From the NCBI GenBank assembly GCA_964057225.1, contig OZ059900.1, positions 4,216,001 to 4,280,000 of the forward strand: a stretch of 64,000 bases of DNA, written 5' to 3'. This document shows positions 23,601 through 38,119 of the stretch, in pieces. A program made the translations under genes and the position numbers. Below the pieces are notes generated by a model. The model was given only the letters and a program-made list of their open reading frames with translations, was not told the DNA's origin and did no database searches. The number at the start of each line of letters is the position of its first letter. Position 1 is the stretch's first letter. Source of the DNA: Auanema rhodensis (lineage: Eukaryota > Animalia > Nematoda).

Positions 23601-24596
23601 TATTCAGAAATACTTCCCCGAAGACATATGGTATCAAAATTTCGTTCCTCTCTCATTTACTTGATTGATTCTGTCAGCGCTGTATGCTCAAGTAAAAGAT
23701 TAAGCCATGCATGTATAAAGTTCATCATTTTTGAGAAACTGCGATAGGCTCACAGCTCAGAGACCAAAAAAATTTCCAAGTCCAAAAAAAATTTTTTTTT
23801 CAACATGTTTTCACGATACTCTCAAAACATTTTTTACACATTTTTAAAGAGTTTTAACATTGGAATTGAGAAACAAAATTTTTTTTTTACTTGATTGATT
23901 CTGTCAGCGCTGTAGCTTTCGTCAAGGATTAAGCCATGCCAACCGCTCACCGACCACAAAAAAATTTTTTTCACGTACTTGATTGATTCTGTCAGCGCTG
24001 TATGCTCAAGTAAAAGATTAAGCCATGCATGTAGAAAGTTGAACTTTTTAAGCCAAACCGCCAACCGACCAAAAATTTTGTCTAGTCAAAAATTATGGAA
24101 ATTTTTGAAAAAATATGCAAATTTTTTTTTTCAAAACTATTTTTCAGAGTAGTCTTATTCTATTTTCTGACTCTTTTTACATGTTTTACACTATATATGA
24201 AATATGTTTTGGAAAATTTCCCGATATGGCTTAATCCTTGAGGAAAGCTACAGCGCTGACAGAATCAATCAAGTAAAATTTGCCATTTTTATCAAAATTT
24301 TTGATTTTTTAAATTAAAATTCTCGGGTGACCATTTATATGCGCTTTTTTTTGAAAAATGGTTCCAATATTCCAATAAAGTATACTTTTTCTTACAAATA
24401 AAGTATACCTTTTCTTACAAATAAAGTATACCTTTTTTAAAATAAGGTATCAATATTGCTATCGCTATATACAATCAATAAAACGTTATTTGAAACAAGA
24501 ATAAGGTATACTTTCAGGTATAAAACAAAACATCCAATCAAAGGATAGTCTCAACAGATCGCAGTTTATAAAGACTGCTCTACTGGATACAACACC

Positions 24597-25440
24597 TACG
24601 AATGCCCCCGAATCGTCCCTATTAATCATTAATTCGACTCTCAAACCAATAAATAGAACCGAAGTCCTCTTTTATTATTCCATGATAGCACATACAAGCA
24701 ATCGCTTGCTTTGAGCGCTTTGATTTATTCAAAGTAAACCCGAGCCAGTATACACACCGAAGTACATACACAAAACCGACAAAATAGACACATCTATGAT
24801 TACCGGCAAGCCGTATCACAGAAAATGCCTCAGATCCAACTACGAGCTTTTTAACTACAGCAATAACGTTTTACACTAGTGGAGCTGGAATTACCGCGGC
24901 TGCTGGCACCAGACTTGCCCTCCACTGGGTCCTTGTAGAGCTATTTAAGCTCAGCTCAGTGAAATAATCAATCTAAAAAGATTGATCTTTTTATTTTTAG
25001 TTACTATCTCACTGAAGTAGTGGATAAGTTACGCGCCTGCTGCCTTCCTTGGATGTGGTAGCCGTTTCTAAGGCTCCCTCTCCGGAGTCGAACCCTAATT
25101 CTCCGTTACCCGTGATCACCATGGTAAAACTCTATATTACCATCAGGTTGATAGGGCAAACATTAATCTCGAAAAAAGACAGTAAAACCGTCGATTAACT
25201 GGGTTATTCAGAGTCAACAAACATTAAATTGGTTTGTACTAATAACTGCGTTGAACTTGGGAAGAAGAACAACTATTAAGCATGTATTAGCTCCAGAATT
25301 ACCACAGTTATCCATAGAAATCGAGAAAAATCATATCTGCTCTAATGAGCCGTTCGCAGTTTCTCAAAAATAATGAACTTTATACATGCATGGCTTAATC
25401 TTTTACTTGAGCATACAGCGCTGACAGAATCAATCAGATT
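24597..25440 (-). rRNA. 18S rRNA: Partial 18S rRNA (5' half), fused to 28S 3' end
   Basis: Copy of 2202-3045. Confidence 0.96.
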
Positions 25441-25748
25441 CGCAATAGAGAATCCATTATTTCTTACTAAACAATATAAATATCGAGAAGTAGAATAATT
25501 TTTTTTTCCCAATTCACCAAAAAAATTAAGAAAGTTGAAAAATCACACAGAAACGACACATTATAGAAAATATTCACATTTTTCAATGTGAACAAGTAAA
25601 ATTGCAGATAACGAAAATTATTGTAAAAATTTTCTCCTGCTACCTTACGATTGTGATATCGTTTCGGTGAATAGTGTAACAATCTTCAGATATTATTTCA
25701 TAATGTTTATATTCCGATGAAACATTCCAGTAAAAATTTTATGTAAAA

Positions 25749-26545
25749 TACTTTTCCTGCAAAAATACACCTACAAACTACTTTTCCTGCAAAATTACAC
25801 GAAAAAAAATTTTTCCTGCAAAAATACACAAAGAAAAAGTTTTCATGTATAAATACACGAAAAATAATTTTTCCTGCAAAAATACACAAAGAAAAAGTTT
25901 TCATGTATAAATACACAAAGAAAAAGTTTTCATGTATAAATACACGAAGAAACTACTTTTCCTGCAAAAATACACAAAGAAAAAGTTTTCATGTATAAAT
26001 ACACGAAAAATAATTTTTCCTGCAAAAATACACAAAGAAAAAGTTTTCATGTATAAATACACAAAGAAAAAGTTTTCATGTATAAATACACGAAGAAACT
26101 ACTTTTCCTGCAAAAATACACAAAGAAAAAGTTTTCATGTATAAATACACGAAAAAAAGTTTTTCCTGCAAAAATACACGAAGAAACTACTTTTACCGCA
26201 AAAATACACGAAGAAACTACTTTTCCTGCAAAAATACACCTACAAATTACATTTCCTGCAAAAATACACGAAAAAAAATTTTTCCTGCAAAAATACACAA
26301 AGAAAAAGTTTTCATGTATAAACACACGAAAAAAAATTTTTCCTGCAAAAATACACGAAGAAACTACTTTTCTTGCAAAAATACACGAAAAAAAATTTTT
26401 CCTGCAAAAATACACGAAAAAAAATTTTTCCTGCAAAAATACACGAAAAAAAATTTTTCCTACAAAAATTCTAAAAAAAAATTTTTCCCTTGTAAAAATT
26501 CACTAAAAAATTTTTCTCCCTGCAAAAATGCGAAAAAAAAAAATT
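25749..26545. repeat. 29/30-bp minisatellite block, S' type
   Basis: Same as 6888-7684. Confidence 0.95.
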
Positions 26546-27522
26546 TATTCAGAAATACTTCCCCGAAGACATATGGTATCAAAATTTCGTTCCTCTCTCA
26601 TTTACTTGATTGATTCTGTCAGCGCTGTATGCTCAAGTAAAAGATTAAGCCATGCATGTATAAAGTTCATCATTTTTGAGAAACTGCGATAGGCTCACAG
26701 CTCAGAGACCAAAAAAATTTTTTTTTCAACATGTTTTCACGATACTCTCAAAACATTTTTTACACATTTTTAAAGAGTTTTAACATTGGAATTGAGAAAC
26801 AAAATTTTTTTTTTACTTGATTGATTCTGTCAGCGCTGTAGCTTTCGTCAAGGATTAAGCCATGCCAACCGGTCACCGACCACAAAAAAATTTTTTTCAC
26901 GTACTTGATTGATTCTGTCAGCGCTGTATGCTCAAGTAAAAGATTAAGCCATGCATGTAGAAAGTTGAACTTTTTAAGCCAAACCGCCAACCGACCAAAA
27001 ATTTTGTCTAGTCAAAAATTATGGAAATTTTTGAAAAAATATGCAAATTTTTTTTTTCAAAACTATTTTTCAGAGTAGTCTTATTCTATTTTCTGACTCT
27101 TTTTACATATTTTACACTATATATGAAATATGTTTTGGAAAATTTCCCGATATGGCTTAATCCTTGAGGAAAGCTACAGCGCTGACAGAATCAATCAAGT
27201 AAAATTTGCCATTTTTATCAAAATTTTTGATTTTTTAAATTAAAATTCTCGGGTGACCATTTATATGCGCTTTTTTTTGAAAAATGGTTCCAATATTCCA
27301 ATAAAGTATACTTTTTCTTACAAATAAAGTATACCTTTTCTTACAAATAAAGTATACCTTTTTTAAAATAAGGTATCAATATTGCTATCGCTATATACAA
27401 TCAATAAAACGTTATTTGAAACAAGAATAAGGTATACTTTCAGGTATAAAACAAAACATCCAATCAAAGGATAGTCTCAACAGATCGCAGTTTATAAAGA
27501 CTGCTCTACTGGATACAACACC

Positions 27523-28366
27523 TACGAATGCCCCCGAATCGTCCCTATTAATCATTAATTCGACTCTCAAACCAATAAATAGAACCGAAGTCCTCTTTTA
27601 TTATTCCATGATAGCACATACAAGCAATCGCTTGCTTTGAGCGCTTTGATTTATTCAAAGTAAACCCGAGCCAGTATACACACCGAAGTACATACACAAA
27701 ACCGACAAAATAGACACATCTATGATTACCGGCAAGCCGTATCACAGAAAATGCCTCAGATCCAACTACGAGCTTTTTAACTACAGCAATAACGTTTTAC
27801 ACTAGTGGAGCTGGAATTACCGCGGCTGCTGGCACCAGACTTGCCCTCCACTGGGTCCTTGTAGAGCTATTTAAGCTCAGCTCAGTGAAATAATCAATCT
27901 AAAAAGATTGATCTTTTTATTTTTAGTTACTATCTCACTGAAGTAGTGGATAAGTTACGCGCCTGCTGCCTTCCTTGGATGTGGTAGCCGTTTCTAAGGC
28001 TCCCTCTCCGGAGTCGAACCCTAATTCTCCGTTACCCGTGATCACCATGGTAAAACTCTATATTACCATCAGGTTGATAGGGCAAACATTAATCTCGAAA
28101 AAAGACAGTAAAACCGTCGATTAACTGGGTTATTCAGAGTCAACAAACATTAAATTGGTTTGTACTAATAACTGCGTTGAACTTGGGAAGAAGAACAACT
28201 ATTAAGCATGTATTAGCTCCAGAATTACCACAGTTATCCATAGAAATCGAGAAAAATCATATCTGCTCTAATGAGCCGTTCGCAGTTTCTCAAAAATAAT
28301 GAACTTTATACATGCATGGCTTAATCTTTTACTTGAGCATACAGCGCTGACAGAATCAATCAGATT
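27523..28366 (-). rRNA. 18S rRNA: Partial 18S rRNA (5' half), fused to 28S 3' end
   Basis: Copy of 2202-3045. Confidence 0.96.
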
Positions 28367-28674
28367 CGCAATAGAGAATCCATTATTTCTTACTAAACAA
28401 TATAAATATCGAGAAGTAGAATAATTTTTTTTTCCCAATTCACCAAAAAAATTAAGAAAGTTGAAAAATCACACAGAAACGACACATTATAGAAAATATT
28501 CACATTTTTCAATGTGAACAAGTAAAATTGCAGATAACGAAAATTATTGTAAAAATTTTCTCCTGCTACCTTACGATTGTGATATCGTTTCGGTGAATAG
28601 TGTAACAATCTTCAGATATTATTTCATAATGTTTATATTCCGATGAAACATTCCAGTAAAAATTTTATGTAAAA

Positions 28675-30061
28675 TACTTTTCCTGCAAAAATACACCTAC
28701 AAACTACTTTTCCTGCAAAATTACACGAAAAAAAATTTTTCCTGCAAAAATACACAAAGAAAAAGTTTTCATGTATAAATACACGAAAAATAATTTTTCC
28801 TGCAAAAATACACAAAGAAAAAGTTTTCATGTATAAATACACAAAGAAAAAGTTTTCATGTATAAATACACGAAGAAACTACTTTTCCTGCAAAAATACA
28901 CAAAGAAAAAGTTTTCATGTATAAATACACGAAAAATAATTTTTCCTGCAAAAATACACGAAGAAACTACTTTTACCGCAAAAATACACGAAGAAACTAC
29001 TTTTCCTGCAAAAATACACCTACAAACTACTTTTCCTGCAAAAATACACGAAAAAAAATTTTTCCTGCAAAAATACACAAAGAAAAAGTTTTCATGTATA
29101 AATACACGAAAAAAAATTTTTCCTGCAAAAATACACGAAGAAACTACTTTTCTTGCAAAAATACACAAAGAAAAAGTTTTCCTGCAAATATACACGAAAA
29201 AAAATTTTTCCTGCAAAAATACACCTACAAACTACTTTTACCGCAAAAATACACGAAGAAACTACTTTTCCTGCAAAAATACACCTACAAACTACTTTTC
29301 CTGCAAAAATACACGAAAAAAAATTTTTCCTGCAAAAATACACAAAGAAAAAGTTTTCATGTATAAATACAAGAAAAAAAAGTTTTCATGTATAAATACA
29401 CGAAGAAACTACTTTTCCTGCAAAAATACACAAAGAAAAAGTTTTCATGTATAAATACACGAAAAAAAATTTTTCCTGCAAAAATACACGAAGAAACTAC
29501 TTTTACCGCAAAATTACACGAAGAAACTACTTTTCCTGCAAAAATACACCTACAAATTACATTTCCTGCAAAAATACACGAAAAAAAATTTTTCCTGCAA
29601 AAATACACAAAGAAAAAGTTTTCATGTATAAATACACGAAAAAAAATTTTTCCTGCAAAAATACACGAAGAAACTACTGTTCTTGCAAAAATACACAAAG
29701 AAAAAGTTTTCCTGCAAATATACACGAAAAAAAATTTTTCCTGCAAAAATACACAAAAAAACATTTTTCCTGCAAAAATACACGAAGAAACTACTTTTCC
29801 TGCAAAAATACACAAAGAAAAAGTTTTCATGTATAAATACACGAAAAAAAATTTTTCCTGCAAAAATACACCAAGAAACTACTTTTCCTGCAAAAATACA
29901 CAAAAAAAACTTTTTCCTGCAAAAATACACGAAAAAAAATTTTTCCTACAAAAATACACAAAAAAAAATTTTTCCCTGCAAAAATTCTAAAAAAAAATTT
30001 TTCCCTTGTAAAAATTCACTAAAAAATTTTTCTCCCTGCAAAAATGCGAAAAAAAAAAATT
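28675..30061. repeat. 29/30-bp minisatellite block, L* type
   Basis: Carries CTACTGTT variant at 29679. Confidence 0.95.
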
Positions 30062-31057
30062 TATTCAGAAATACTTCCCCGAAGACATATGGTATCAAAA
30101 TTTCGTTCCTCTCTCATTTACTTGATTGATTCTGTCAGCGCTGTATGCTCAAGTAAAAGATTAAGCCATGCATGTATAAAGTTCATCATTTTTGAGAAAC
30201 TGCGATAGGCTCACAGCTCAGAGACCAAAAAAATTTCCAAGTCCAAAAAAAATTTTTTTTTCAACATGTTTTCACGATACTCTCAAAACATTTTTTACAC
30301 ATTTTTAAAGAGTTTTAACATTGGAATTGAGAAACAAAATTTTTTTTTTACTTGATTGATTCTGTCAGCGCTGTAGCTTTCGTCAAGGATTAAGCCATGC
30401 CAACCGCTCACCGACCACAAAAAAATTTTTTTCACGTACTTGATTGATTCTGTCAGCGCTGTATGCTCAAGTAAAAGATTAAGCCATGCATGTAGAAAGT
30501 TGAACTTTTTAAGCCAAACCGCCAACCGACCAAAAATTTTGTCTAGTCAAAAATTATGGAAATTTTTGAAAAAATATGCAAATTTTTTTTTTCAAAACTA
30601 TTTTTCAGAGTAGTCTTATTCTATTTTCTGACTCTTTTTACATGTTTTACACTATATATGAAATATGTTTTGGAAAATTTCCCGATATGGCTTAATCCTT
30701 GAGGAAAGCTACAGCGCTGACAGAATCAATCAAGTAAAATTTGCCATTTTTATCAAAATTTTTGATTTTTTAAATTAAAATTCTCGGGTGACCATTTATA
30801 TGCGCTTTTTTTTGAAAAATGGTTCCAATATTCCAATAAAGTATACTTTTTCTTACAAATAAAGTATACCTTTTCTTACAAATAAAGTATACCTTTTTTA
30901 AAATAAGGTATCAATATTGCTATCGCTATATACAATCAATAAAACGTTATTTGAAACAAGAATAAGGTATACTTTCAGGTATAAAACAAAACATCCAATC
31001 AAAGGATAGTCTCAACAGATCGCAGTTTATAAAGACTGCTCTACTGGATACAACACC

Positions 31058-31901
31058 TACGAATGCCCCCGAATCGTCCCTATTAATCATTAATTCGACT
31101 CTCAAACCAATAAATAGAACCGAAGTCCTCTTTTATTATTCCATGATAGCACATACAAGCAATCGCTTGCTTTGAGCGCTTTGATTTATTCAAAGTAAAC
31201 CCGAGCCAGTATACACACCGAAGTACATACACAAAACCGACAAAATAGACACATCTATGATTACCGGCAAGCCGTATCACAGAAAATGCCTCAGATCCAA
31301 CTACGAGCTTTTTAACTACAGCAATAACGTTTTACACTAGTGGAGCTGGAATTACCGCGGCTGCTGGCACCAGACTTGCCCTCCACTGGGTCCTTGTAGA
31401 GCTATTTAAGCTCAGCTCAGTGAAATAATCAATCTAAAAAGATTGATCTTTTTATTTTTAGTTACTATCTCACTGAAGTAGTGGATAAGTTACGCGCCTG
31501 CTGCCTTCCTTGGATGTGGTAGCCGTTTCTAAGGCTCCCTCTCCGGAGTCGAACCCTAATTCTCCGTTACCCGTGATCACCATGGTAAAACTCTATATTA
31601 CCATCAGGTTGATAGGGCAAACATTAATCTCGAAAAAAGACAGTAAAACCGTCGATTAACTGGGTTATTCAGAGTCAACAAACATTAAATTGGTTTGTAC
31701 TAATAACTGCGTTGAACTTGGGAAGAAGAACAACTATTAAGCATGTATTAGCTCCAGAATTACCACAGTTATCCATAGAAATCGAGAAAAATCATATCTG
31801 CTCTAATGAGCCGTTCGCAGTTTCTCAAAAATAATGAACTTTATACATGCATGGCTTAATCTTTTACTTGAGCATACAGCGCTGACAGAATCAATCAGAT
31901 T
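31058..31901 (-). rRNA. 18S rRNA: Partial 18S rRNA (5' half), fused to 28S 3' end
   Basis: Copy of 2202-3045. Confidence 0.96.
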
Positions 31902-32209
31902 CGCAATAGAGAATCCATTATTTCTTACTAAACAATATAAATATCGAGAAGTAGAATAATTTTTTTTTCCCAATTCACCAAAAAAATTAAGAAAGTTGAA
32001 AAATCACACAGAAACGACACATTATAGAAAATATTCACATTTTTCAATGTGAACAAGTAAAATTGCAGATAACGAAAATTATTGTAAAAATTTTCTCCTG
32101 CTACCTTACGATTGTGATATCGTTTCGGTGAATAGTGTAACAATCTTCAGATATTATTTCATAATGTTTATATTCCGATGAAACATTCCAGTAAAAATTT
32201 TATGTAAAA

Positions 32210-33035
32210 TACTTTTCCTGCAAAAATACACCTACAAACTACTTTTCCTGCAAAATTACACGAAAAAAAATTTTTCCTGCAAAAATACACAAAGAAAAAG
32301 TTTTCATGTATAAATACACGAAAAATAATTTTTCCTGCAAAAATACACAAAGAAAAAGTTTTCATGTATAAATACACAAAGAAAAAGTTTTCATGTATAA
32401 ATACACGAAGAAACTACTTTTCCTGCAAAAATACACAAAGAAAAAGTTTTCATGTATAAATACACGAAAAATAATTTTTCCTGCAAAAATACACAAAGAA
32501 AAAGTTTTCATGTATAAATACACAAAGAAAAAGTTTTCATGTATAAATACACGAAGAAACTACTTTTCCTGCAAAAATACACAAAGAAAAAGTTTTCATG
32601 TATAAATACACGAAAAAAAGTTTTTCCTGCAAAAATACACGAAGAAACTACTTTTACCGCAAAAATACACGAAGAAACTACTTTTCCTGCAAAAATACAC
32701 CTACAAATTACATTTCCTGCAAAAATACACGAAAAAAAATTTTTCCTGCAAAAATACACAAAGAAAAAGTTTTCATGTATAAACACACGAAAAAAAATTT
32801 TTCCTGCAAAAATACACGAAGAAACTACTTTTCTTGCAAAAATACACAAAGAAAAAGTTTTCCTGCAAATATACACGAAAAAAAATTTTTCCTGCAAAAA
32901 TACACGAAAAAAAATTTTTCCTGCAAAAATACACGAAAAAAAATTTTTCCTACAAAAATTCTAAAAAAAAATTTTTCCCTTGTAAAAATTCACTAAAAAA
33001 TTTTTCTCCCTGCAAAAATGCGAAAAAAAAAAATT
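32210..33035. repeat. 29/30-bp minisatellite block, S type
   Basis: Same monomer order as other S blocks. Confidence 0.95.
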
Positions 33036-34012
33036 TATTCAGAAATACTTCCCCGAAGACATATGGTATCAAAATTTCGTTCCTCTCTCATTTACTTGAT
33101 TGATTCTGTCAGCGCTGTATGCTCAAGTAAAAGATTAAGCCATGCATGTATAAAGTTCATCATTTTTGAGAAACTGCGATAGGCTCACAGCTCAGAGACC
33201 AAAAAAATTTTTTTTTCAACATGTTTTCACGATACTCTCAAAACATTTTTTACACATTTTTAAAGAGTTTTAACATTGGAATTGAGAAACAAAATTTTTT
33301 TTTTACTTGATTGATTCTGTCAGCGCTGTAGCTTTCGTCAAGGATTAAGCCATGCCAACCGGTCACCGACCACAAAAAAATTTTTTTCACGTACTTGATT
33401 GATTCTGTCAGCGCTGTATGCTCAAGTAAAAGATTAAGCCATGCATGTAGAAAGTTGAACTTTTTAAGCCAAACCGCCAACCGACCAAAAATTTTGTCTA
33501 GTCAAAAATTATGGAAATTTTTGAAAAAATATGCAAATTTTTTTTTTCAAAACTATTTTTCAGAGTAGTCTTATTCTATTTTCTGACTCTTTTTACATAT
33601 TTTACACTATATATGAAATATGTTTTGGAAAATTTCCCGATATGGCTTAATCCTTGAGGAAAGCTACAGCGCTGACAGAATCAATCAAGTAAAATTTGCC
33701 ATTTTTATCAAAATTTTTGATTTTTTAAATTAAAATTCTCGGGTGACCATTTATATGCGCTTTTTTTTGAAAAATGGTTCCAATATTCCAATAAAGTATA
33801 CTTTTTCTTACAAATAAAGTATACCTTTTCTTACAAATAAAGTATACCTTTTTTAAAATAAGGTATCAATATTGCTATCGCTATATACAATCAATAAAAC
33901 GTTATTTGAAACAAGAATAAGGTATACTTTCAGGTATAAAACAAAACATCCAATCAAAGGATAGTCTCAACAGATCGCAGTTTATAAAGACTGCTCTACT
34001 GGATACAACACC

Positions 34013-34856
34013 TACGAATGCCCCCGAATCGTCCCTATTAATCATTAATTCGACTCTCAAACCAATAAATAGAACCGAAGTCCTCTTTTATTATTCCATG
34101 ATAGCACATACAAGCAATCGCTTGCTTTGAGCGCTTTGATTTATTCAAAGTAAACCCGAGCCAGTATACACACCGAAGTACATACACAAAACCGACAAAA
34201 TAGACACATCTATGATTACCGGCAAGCCGTATCACAGAAAATGCCTCAGATCCAACTACGAGCTTTTTAACTACAGCAATAACGTTTTACACTAGTGGAG
34301 CTGGAATTACCGCGGCTGCTGGCACCAGACTTGCCCTCCACTGGGTCCTTGTAGAGCTATTTAAGCTCAGCTCAGTGAAATAATCAATCTAAAAAGATTG
34401 ATCTTTTTATTTTTAGTTACTATCTCACTGAAGTAGTGGATAAGTTACGCGCCTGCTGCCTTCCTTGGATGTGGTAGCCGTTTCTAAGGCTCCCTCTCCG
34501 GAGTCGAACCCTAATTCTCCGTTACCCGTGATCACCATGGTAAAACTCTATATTACCATCAGGTTGATAGGGCAAACATTAATCTCGAAAAAAGACAGTA
34601 AAACCGTCGATTAACTGGGTTATTCAGAGTCAACAAACATTAAATTGGTTTGTACTAATAACTGCGTTGAACTTGGGAAGAAGAACAACTATTAAGCATG
34701 TATTAGCTCCAGAATTACCACAGTTATCCATAGAAATCGAGAAAAATCATATCTGCTCTAATGAGCCGTTCGCAGTTTCTCAAAAATAATGAACTTTATA
34801 CATGCATGGCTTAATCTTTTACTTGAGCATACAGCGCTGACAGAATCAATCAGATT
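34013..34856 (-). rRNA. 18S rRNA: Partial 18S rRNA (5' half), fused to 28S 3' end
   Basis: Copy of 2202-3045. Confidence 0.96.
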
Positions 34857-35164
34857 CGCAATAGAGAATCCATTATTTCTTACTAAACAATATAAATATC
34901 GAGAAGTAGAATAATTTTTTTTTCCCAATTCACCAAAAAAATTAAGAAAGTTGAAAAATCACACAGAAACGACACATTATAGAAAATATTCACATTTTTC
35001 AATGTGAACAAGTAAAATTGCAGATAACGAAAATTATTGTAAAAATTTTCTCCTGCTACCTTACGATTGTGATATCGTTTCGGTGAATAGTGTAACAATC
35101 TTCAGATATTATTTCATAATGTTTATATTCCGATGAAACATTCCAGTAAAAATTTTATGTAAAA

Positions 35165-35990
35165 TACTTTTCCTGCAAAAATACACCTACAAACTACTTT
35201 TCCTGCAAAATTACACGAAAAAAAATTTTTCCTGCAAAAATACACAAAGAAAAAGTTTTCATGTATAAATACACGAAAAATAATTTTTCCTGCAAAAATA
35301 CACAAAGAAAAAGTTTTCATGTATAAATACACAAAGAAAAAGTTTTCATGTATAAATACACGAAGAAACTACTTTTCCTGCAAAAATACACAAAGAAAAA
35401 GTTTTCATGTATAAATACACGAAAAATAATTTTTCCTGCAAAAATACACAAAGAAAAAGTTTTCATGTATAAATACACAAAGAAAAAGTTTTCATGTATA
35501 AATACACGAAGAAACTACTTTTCCTGCAAAAATACACAAAGAAAAAGTTTTCATGTATAAATACACGAAAAAAAGTTTTTCCTGCAAAAATACACGAAGA
35601 AACTACTTTTACCGCAAAAATACACGAAGAAACTACTTTTCCTGCAAAAATACACCTACAAATTACATTTCCTGCAAAAATACACGAAAAAAAATTTTTC
35701 CTGCAAAAATACACAAAGAAAAAGTTTTCATGTATAAACACACGAAAAAAAATTTTTCCTGCAAAAATACACGAAGAAACTACTTTTCTTGCAAAAATAC
35801 ACAAAGAAAAAGTTTTCCTGCAAATATACACGAAAAAAAATTTTTCCTGCAAAAATACACGAAAAAAAATTTTTCCTGCAAAAATACACGAAAAAAAATT
35901 TTTCCTACAAAAATTCTAAAAAAAAATTTTTCCCTTGTAAAAATTCACTAAAAAATTTTTCTCCCTGCAAAAATGCGAAAAAAAAAAATT
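35165..35990. repeat. 29/30-bp minisatellite block, S type
   Basis: Same monomer order as other S blocks. Confidence 0.95.
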
Positions 35991-36967
35991 TATTCAGAAA
36001 TACTTCCCCGAAGACATATGGTATCAAAATTTCGTTCCTCTCTCATTTACTTGATTGATTCTGTCAGCGCTGTATGCTCAAGTAAAAGATTAAGCCATGC
36101 ATGTATAAAGTTCATCATTTTTGAGAAACTGCGATAGGCTCACAGCTCAGAGACCAAAAAAATTTTTTTTTCAACATGTTTTCACGATACTCTCAAAACA
36201 TTTTTTACACATTTTTAAAGAGTTTTAACATTGGAATTGAGAAACAAAATTTTTTTTTTACTTGATTGATTCTGTCAGCGCTGTAGCTTTCGTCAAGGAT
36301 TAAGCCATGCCAACCGGTCACCGACCACAAAAAAATTTTTTTCACGTACTTGATTGATTCTGTCAGCGCTGTATGCTCAAGTAAAAGATTAAGCCATGCA
36401 TGTAGAAAGTTGAACTTTTTAAGCCAAACCGCCAACCGACCAAAAATTTTGTCTAGTCAAAAATTATGGAAATTTTTGAAAAAATATGCAAATTTTTTTT
36501 TTCAAAACTATTTTTCAGAGTAGTCTTATTCTATTTTCTGACTCTTTTTACATATTTTACACTATATATGAAATATGTTTTGGAAAATTTCCCGATATGG
36601 CTTAATCCTTGAGGAAAGCTACAGCGCTGACAGAATCAATCAAGTAAAATTTGCCATTTTTATCAAAATTTTTGATTTTTTAAATTAAAATTCTCGGGTG
36701 ACCATTTATATGCGCTTTTTTTTGAAAAATGGTTCCAATATTCCAATAAAGTATACTTTTTCTTACAAATAAAGTATACCTTTTCTTACAAATAAAGTAT
36801 ACCTTTTTTAAAATAAGGTATCAATATTGCTATCGCTATATACAATCAATAAAACGTTATTTGAAACAAGAATAAGGTATACTTTCAGGTATAAAACAAA
36901 ACATCCAATCAAAGGATAGTCTCAACAGATCGCAGTTTATAAAGACTGCTCTACTGGATACAACACC

Positions 36968-37811
36968 TACGAATGCCCCCGAATCGTCCCTATTAATCAT
37001 TAATTCGACTCTCAAACCAATAAATAGAACCGAAGTCCTCTTTTATTATTCCATGATAGCACATACAAGCAATCGCTTGCTTTGAGCGCTTTGATTTATT
37101 CAAAGTAAACCCGAGCCAGTATACACACCGAAGTACATACACAAAACCGACAAAATAGACACATCTATGATTACCGGCAAGCCGTATCACAGAAAATGCC
37201 TCAGATCCAACTACGAGCTTTTTAACTACAGCAATAACGTTTTACACTAGTGGAGCTGGAATTACCGCGGCTGCTGGCACCAGACTTGCCCTCCACTGGG
37301 TCCTTGTAGAGCTATTTAAGCTCAGCTCAGTGAAATAATCAATCTAAAAAGATTGATCTTTTTATTTTTAGTTACTATCTCACTGAAGTAGTGGATAAGT
37401 TACGCGCCTGCTGCCTTCCTTGGATGTGGTAGCCGTTTCTAAGGCTCCCTCTCCGGAGTCGAACCCTAATTCTCCGTTACCCGTGATCACCATGGTAAAA
37501 CTCTATATTACCATCAGGTTGATAGGGCAAACATTAATCTCGAAAAAAGACAGTAAAACCGTCGATTAACTGGGTTATTCAGAGTCAACAAACATTAAAT
37601 TGGTTTGTACTAATAACTGCGTTGAACTTGGGAAGAAGAACAACTATTAAGCATGTATTAGCTCCAGAATTACCACAGTTATCCATAGAAATCGAGAAAA
37701 ATCATATCTGCTCTAATGAGCCGTTCGCAGTTTCTCAAAAATAATGAACTTTATACATGCATGGCTTAATCTTTTACTTGAGCATACAGCGCTGACAGAA
37801 TCAATCAGATT
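36968..37811 (-). rRNA. 18S rRNA: Partial 18S rRNA (5' half), fused to 28S 3' end
   Basis: Copy of 2202-3045. Confidence 0.96.
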
Positions 37812-38119
37812 CGCAATAGAGAATCCATTATTTCTTACTAAACAATATAAATATCGAGAAGTAGAATAATTTTTTTTTCCCAATTCACCAAAAAAATTAA
37901 GAAAGTTGAAAAATCACACAGAAACGACACATTATAGAAAATATTCACATTTTTCAATGTGAACAAGTAAAATTGCAGATAACGAAAATTATTGTAAAAA
38001 TTTTCTCCTGCTACCTTACGATTGTGATATCGTTTCGGTGAATAGTGTAACAATCTTCAGATATTATTTCATAATGTTTATATTCCGATGAAACATTCCA
38101 GTAAAAATTTTATGTAAAA

